A stretch of 64,000 bases of DNA. Source: Zancudomyces culisetae HAW-14-8. Its lineage: Eukaryota > Fungi > Kickxellomycota. The first letter of the stretch is position 1. The number at the start of each line of letters is the position of its first letter. Below are positions 58,947 to 64,000 of the stretch, piece by piece. Below the pieces are notes generated by a model that saw only the letters and a list, made by a program, of their open reading frames with translations, did not search any database and was not told the origin of the DNA. The stretch is from contig JBNJNM010000015.1 in assembly GCA_052426225.1 (NCBI GenBank), positions 496,001-560,000 of the forward strand. The letters are read 5' to 3'. The position numbers and the translations under genes were made by a program.

Positions 58947-61900
58947 ATGTCTGTAAAATAAACAAAAGTATTAAAAGCTTAAAACAGATTAAAAGGAACC
59001 ACGTCAATTTATTTGTGGGTATTTGTATAGAGTAAAATAACTAGAAATATAACTATGGAGTCGGCATGAACGATATGATGGATATGGATAAGCAAATAAG
59101 ACAATCAGTTGTGTCAAAAAATGACGAACTGAACATTAACAGCCGCTTTTTGACTGAGAGCAGCAACAAAATTAAGGAAAAAATTATCAGCATGGGTGCG
59201 AATAAACTAGGTAAGCGTCTTGCAGAACAAAAGTATGGGGAAGCATCACATCATGCAAATAGCGAGTATATTGGAAAGAGAAAAGAGGAGCGCGAATGGT
59301 TGTTCAAGGATGTGGGCGATGATGAGTATTTTAACGAATTTATGTCCAGAAAAGGAATACAAGCTGTACTAGACCCACGAGCTGGTTTTGGTAACGAAAA
59401 TATTACACATCGTACTGATCAAGCTCAAAATGCAACTTTCAACAATCCACAGCAAAGTACAACTAAGGGAGGAGGTTCGTTATATCAATCAATATTTCGA
59501 GATTATAAAGAGTTTGTAAGCGATAGGGATGAGAAAATAAGTAAACGGCTTGGTAGCCTTTCTAAAAAAATCGATATGGCGGCGCAAATAGAAAGATTTG
59601 AGCATAACGACAATGAGAAGTTTGAAAAATATATAGAGAAACTTGATTCCAAAAGAGCAAGAAATGTGAGTTTTACTTTGAACACAAAAGAGAGTGAAGG
59701 ATATGGTATAAATACCCTTGACAAGACTAGCGATTTCAGATTTTCATCCTATTCAGGCCTCGATAGCAAAGGCCTGGGACTACACAGGGAGACGGAAAGT
59801 AAAAGTGAAACAAGCGAAATCGGTTTAGTTGGTAGCACAACAACAGGAGATGATTTTGGGCGGCAGACGGTGAAGAAAAACACAGTTAAGTTTGACAGTG
59901 GGTTATATTCTACGCCACTCAACACCGAAAACTCAACTGTCCAAAATAAACGATTTCTTGATGGCGAAGAGCGGAAATCAGATGATAAAAGAATAGATAC
60001 ACGTGAGAGAATGCGACAACGGTCAGCGAATATAAGCGGGAGAAGATTTAAACTCACAAGGCTTGGGTTAGGTAAGCCTACGCGCGGTCAGCCAAGTGCT
60101 TCGGGGGAAGTATCTTCAGCTGAAAATGCTGAAGAAAGCAAGTACTCTACTGACACGCCAAGCTCGGAAAAAGATCGCGAGTTGCATGTTATTAGATCAG
60201 CCAAAAGAAACAAAGTGGCTTCTAGGTTGGATTTTTTAAATGAACTTGATTCTAAAATATCACAAGAGGGTTTGCTGTTTGAAAGTGGTAGGAAAATAAA
60301 CAGTCACGGGAAGGAAGAAAACTCTACGTTTAAAAAATACAAATTTATGGATGTCGATGAGCTAACCCCCAATGAAGTTGAGAAAAGACGTTTAGATGGG
60401 CCGATAAAGCTGGAAAAACTGAATACGCTCCAGAAACAAACTGGTGGAAGGCAGGTAGAATTTCCAGATAATATTCCTAGAGAAAGTAGTGATACGCTGA
60501 GCACCACAACCCAAAGACAATCTCCTTTTCCGACCGCAAGGGTTACTGAAAATGTCGGTAGGCGTAGTAGGCTAAGCTCAGATCAACAGCTAACTGATCC
60601 TCGGATTGAACTTCCTAGATCAAGAATGAGCTTCGAGGCCGATTTGGGCAGAAAAAACAGTTTTGGAACATCTTTAGGAAGTGTTTTTGAGAAGGAAATG
60701 GTCTTTGATGTTGAGAAGGAGATTGAGAAAAAGACTACGAGCGGAGGAATGGCTGGCTTAGATGTTTTGAATGCACACAATCCATCCAGTCTTACACATA
60801 CAATAGGTCTCGGAAACTTTGGAACCAACAAAATCACTGCGCCTCTGCAAGATTCCTTTAAAAGCGATGGCTTTGAAATCCCCATAGTTAAGAAAAATAG
60901 GAGTCTTAATTCATCTGGTCTAGAAACTATTCCTGCCCAGACAAACAGAGTGGTATCGCAACCCGCACCATACCTACCACCACCACCACCTCCTCTCCCT
61001 CCTCCCCCACCACCACCACTAAACCCTTCTGTACCAGAACATCCATCGATTCAACGCCCACAGCTACGTATGGAACCAGCTGGGCGTATTGAAATACCTG
61101 ATAAAAAATGCATCAAAGTTAATGGAAGAAGCTACCAACGGATCAGCTTGGCAGGGAAGGGGGGGTCATCGCGGGTTTACAAGGTACTAAGCGACAAAGG
61201 CAGATTCTACGCTATAAAAAAAGTTACGTATGGCAAAACTGACCACTCAGTAGTGGAGGGATACAAGCGTGAGTGTGAACTTTTGCGTGGCTTCAAAGAT
61301 AACCCACATGTGGTCCAGCTATACGATTACGAACTTAACAACTCCAGAGGTTATTTGTTTATGGTTCTTGAGTATGGTGAAATTGATCTTGCGCGCCTAC
61401 TTCAAAAGCATGGTGACAAGCCATTAAGCATAAATTTTATCAGAATGTATTGGGAGCAGATGCTGAGTGCTGTTAACGTAGTGCACAAGATGAAAACTGT
61501 ACATTCCGACTTGAAGCCTGCAAATTTTCTGCTTATTCAGGGCGTGTTGAAGCTTATCGACTTTGGAATCGCAAAAACTATAGGAAACGACACCACCAAC
61601 ATCCATAGAGACCAACAGCTGGGGACACTGAACTATATGGCGCCTGAAGCTATTGAAATGTTTAGCAAGGGAAAAAATGTTCAGTTGATTAGGGTAAGTC
61701 CGTGTTTTATCTTTTTCATTATTTTTTTTCTACTCACCCCCCTCCCCCACTTACCCATCTGTTCTTTGTTAGTACTTTGATTTACATACTTATCTAATGC
61801 TGTTTACTGTTATATTTTGGGTAGATGGGCAAACCAAGCGATGTTTGGTCGCTAGGGATTATTCTGTACCAACTGTGTTATGGATATACACCATTTTCAA

Positions 61901-62283
61901 AGCTAAACCATAGCCACAAATACCTGGCTATTATTAACCGCTCGTTTGAGATAGATTACCCGAAATATCGTGCAGGTGTGAATCAAGTTCATATTCCCGA
62001 ATCCGATCCAAACAACCCGGCATACACTAAGAACGACCGGGTTGTAGCTTCGCGCGATCTTGTCGATCTTATAAAATCCTGCTTAGAGCGTGACCCCAAA
62101 AAGCGCCCCACCATTCCAGAGCTACTAAACCACTCGTTTCTTAGCATGCAGTATGACTCTGTACATTCTATTTCTCGTTGTCTAACGATACTGAAAAAAA
62201 GTCCTCAATTTTTTGAAATGATTGACCAGTCAGACCCCTCAAACAACGTCGCCTTGGCCAAAAAACTTCTAGATTTACTGTAA
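58947..62283 (+). CDS. MPS1: Spindle checkpoint dual-specificity kinase Mps1/TTK; exons 58947-58952 (tentative), 59045-61693, 61825-62283; alternative start at 59066
   Basis: IKVNGRSY..I..AGKGGSSRVYKV, YAIKKV, LEYGEIDL, IRMYWEQMLSAV, VHSDLKPANFL, LKLIDFGIAK.I.NDTTNIHRDQQLGTLNYMAPE, SDVWSLG; GT-AG intron 61694-61824. The 6-nt first coding exon (ATGTCT|GTAAAA...CTAG|) is inferred. Confidence 0.92.
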
Positions 62284-62968
62284 TTTGTTTTGCGTGTTCT
62301 AAAAATGCGTTGAGTTTTTTAGATATTTCATTACATGTGCAAAATTCGTCGCGATGTTCATGCTAATAGACTTTGTATTATATTATGTTCTATGTTATTT
62401 CCCTCAAAAATAAGATTCTAGATCATTCACACTGAAAGGAAAAAAAGAGGGAATAAAAAGTTGTCCTATTTAAGAATACTACTCGTGACATGTTTCTGAT
62501 ACTACAGACTATGTAAGAGTAGGTGTTTTTAACCCTCCCCCCCCCCTTTCCCAAGTTTGGTAAAATGTGTCGCTTTATATAACCAGCATATTGCACAGAA
62601 TTTTGAATTATCTTTAGGATGACTTTTCTTGTTAAAATTTTCTGTCTTTTCTGGATCTGTTGATTCATCTGACAGTAATAATTTTTATTGAGCTGGATAC
62701 ATCAATATTAAGTACACACAGTACATTGAAATAAAAGAAAACAAAAATAGAAACAAAAAAGATTCAGCTTTCGCTAAATGCCCTATATTTACACTTAAAG
62801 AAAAAAGAAAATTAAAAAACCTGGAACTCAATACTAATATATTGTTGATTGTGAGTTCCTACTAGAAACACTCTACAATATTCTCTACTTGTTTTTACAT
62901 GGTGTATAACTAAAACTGATAAAGCTATATATCATCCAAATATTGGATTAAAAATACTAGTTCTTAGG

Positions 62969-64000
62969 TTATTGGTTTCTCGAGAACATATCCGATGTAA
63001 GAAAATACTCTGGCGGGCTTGAGCCTAAACTGATTAGCAAATCTCGGGCAAAGTCAAATTCACCTCGTTGAGGTTGTTGTTGTTGGGTTGGGTTGCTCTG
63101 TTGCTGCTGTAATAGTGCCAGTGCGATTTTATCAAGATCTAAAACCCTCTCATCATCCTTGTTGTTGTCAGGTTGTATATCAGCAACGTGACTGTATTGT
63201 GACTCGTACTTTTGTTTTTCATTATTTAGCGATTTGGCAAAGTCGAGTTTTGGGTAAAGTAGAATTTCTTTTCTTTTTCCACTTGTGATGACGGTTTCGG
63301 AACTATTTATTTTCATCTCAACACAGGTCTTCAGTATTTGGAGACAATAGTCGTAGTTGCAATTTTGAAGAGCCTCATTGAGCATGCTAGCAACATTTAT
63401 ACTTCCACTAGATGAATAGTTGTCAACCACTGCAACTTCGCTCTTGATTTTAAGTGCATAGTTCTTTGCTTTGGAATTCATTTCATTGATCTGCTCAATA
63501 CTGATGCATTTTTTGAGTTTGCAATTTCTTATGCATTCCAAAATATTTTTTGAAATAATAAACCCGCTGCACTCGATAAACTTTAGTATATCCCTAATTT
63601 TTTGGTTCTCCCTTCTGATAAATAGCTCTTTATACACATATCTCTTGTAATCTACCGACTCTGTGTTGGAAAAAAGATTGCGCGCCTTTCTATACACCCG
63701 ACACCGTAAGTCGTTGTTTTTGTTTTTTTGAGGATTTTTTTGCCTCCATGACTTCATCCTCTTTGTGGATGGTTTTGTAACATCTGGATCTGCATAAACA
63801 CTTGCTGATATGCCTTTACTTGCTTCCATATTTGTGTATGCAGCTGCAACTTTTTTTCTTTTTCTAGTTGGAATTATTGTGCTTATGAGATCAGACAACC
63901 TAGCTTGGTCACTGTTGTCATGTACATTCGTACCAATATCTGTTGTGTTAGGACCTGAGCTTGAAATAGTATTCTGTAAGATGGGAATAGCACTAGTGGT
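62969..64000 (-). CDS. DUF3020-like domain protein, 5' end outside the window
   Basis: The frame stays open from 63898 to the window edge. KRMKSWRQKNPQKNKNNDLRCRVYRKARNLF resembles the fungal DUF3020 core (KKRWRE.N..RNKDNDLRCRVNKRA..LF). Confidence 0.7.
   Translation of the reverse strand, partial: TTSAIPILQNTISSSGPNTTDIGTNVHDNSDQARLSDLISTIIPTRKRKKVAAAYTNMEASKGISASVYADPDVTKPSTKRMKSWRQKNPQKNKNNDLRCRVYRKARNLFSNTESVDYKRYVYKELFIRRENQKIRDILKFIECSGFIISKNILECIRNCKLKKCISIEQINEMNSKAKNYALKIKSEVAVVDNYSSSGSINVASMLNEALQNCNYDYCLQILKTCVEMKINSSETVITSGKRKEILLYPKLDFAKSLNNEKQKYESQYSHVADIQPDNNKDDERVLDLDKIALALLQQQQSNPTQQQQPQRGEFDFARDLLISLGSSPPEYFLTSDMFSRNQ

Overview
AT-rich eukaryotic (fungal) nuclear DNA with short spliceosomal introns. 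The gene content (fungal-type ADAM, Slm1-like BAR-PH proteins, DUF3020, SCAI, metazoan-type HPRT) points to an early-diverging fungus, possibly Zoopagomycota/Harpellales; this is inference only. I reconstructed 18 protein-coding genes by hand, including splice junctions: a degenerate ZIP transporter, a 50-aa membrane micro-protein missing from the ORF track, NCS1/FRQ1, HPRT, a globular-domain-less H1-like protein, NDUFAF6, CK1, two Slm1-like paralogues, RRP5, PRP38, SCAI, NDUFAF7, an unknown helical protein, a DHR2/DHX33-like helicase, an ADAM protease, MPS1 and a partial DUF3020 protein. There are three tRNA genes: Lys-CTT and a tandem Asp-GTC/Glu-TTC pair only 10 nt apart. No mobile element or CRISPR array is supportable. 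The most notable observations are a repeated saw-tooth G/C strand skew that flips inside genes and reshapes their amino-acid composition, a ZIP homologue lacking the canonical metal ligands, a probable dicistronic tRNA-Asp/tRNA-Glu unit, and the unannotated micro-protein. All homology calls come from motif recognition, not database searches.
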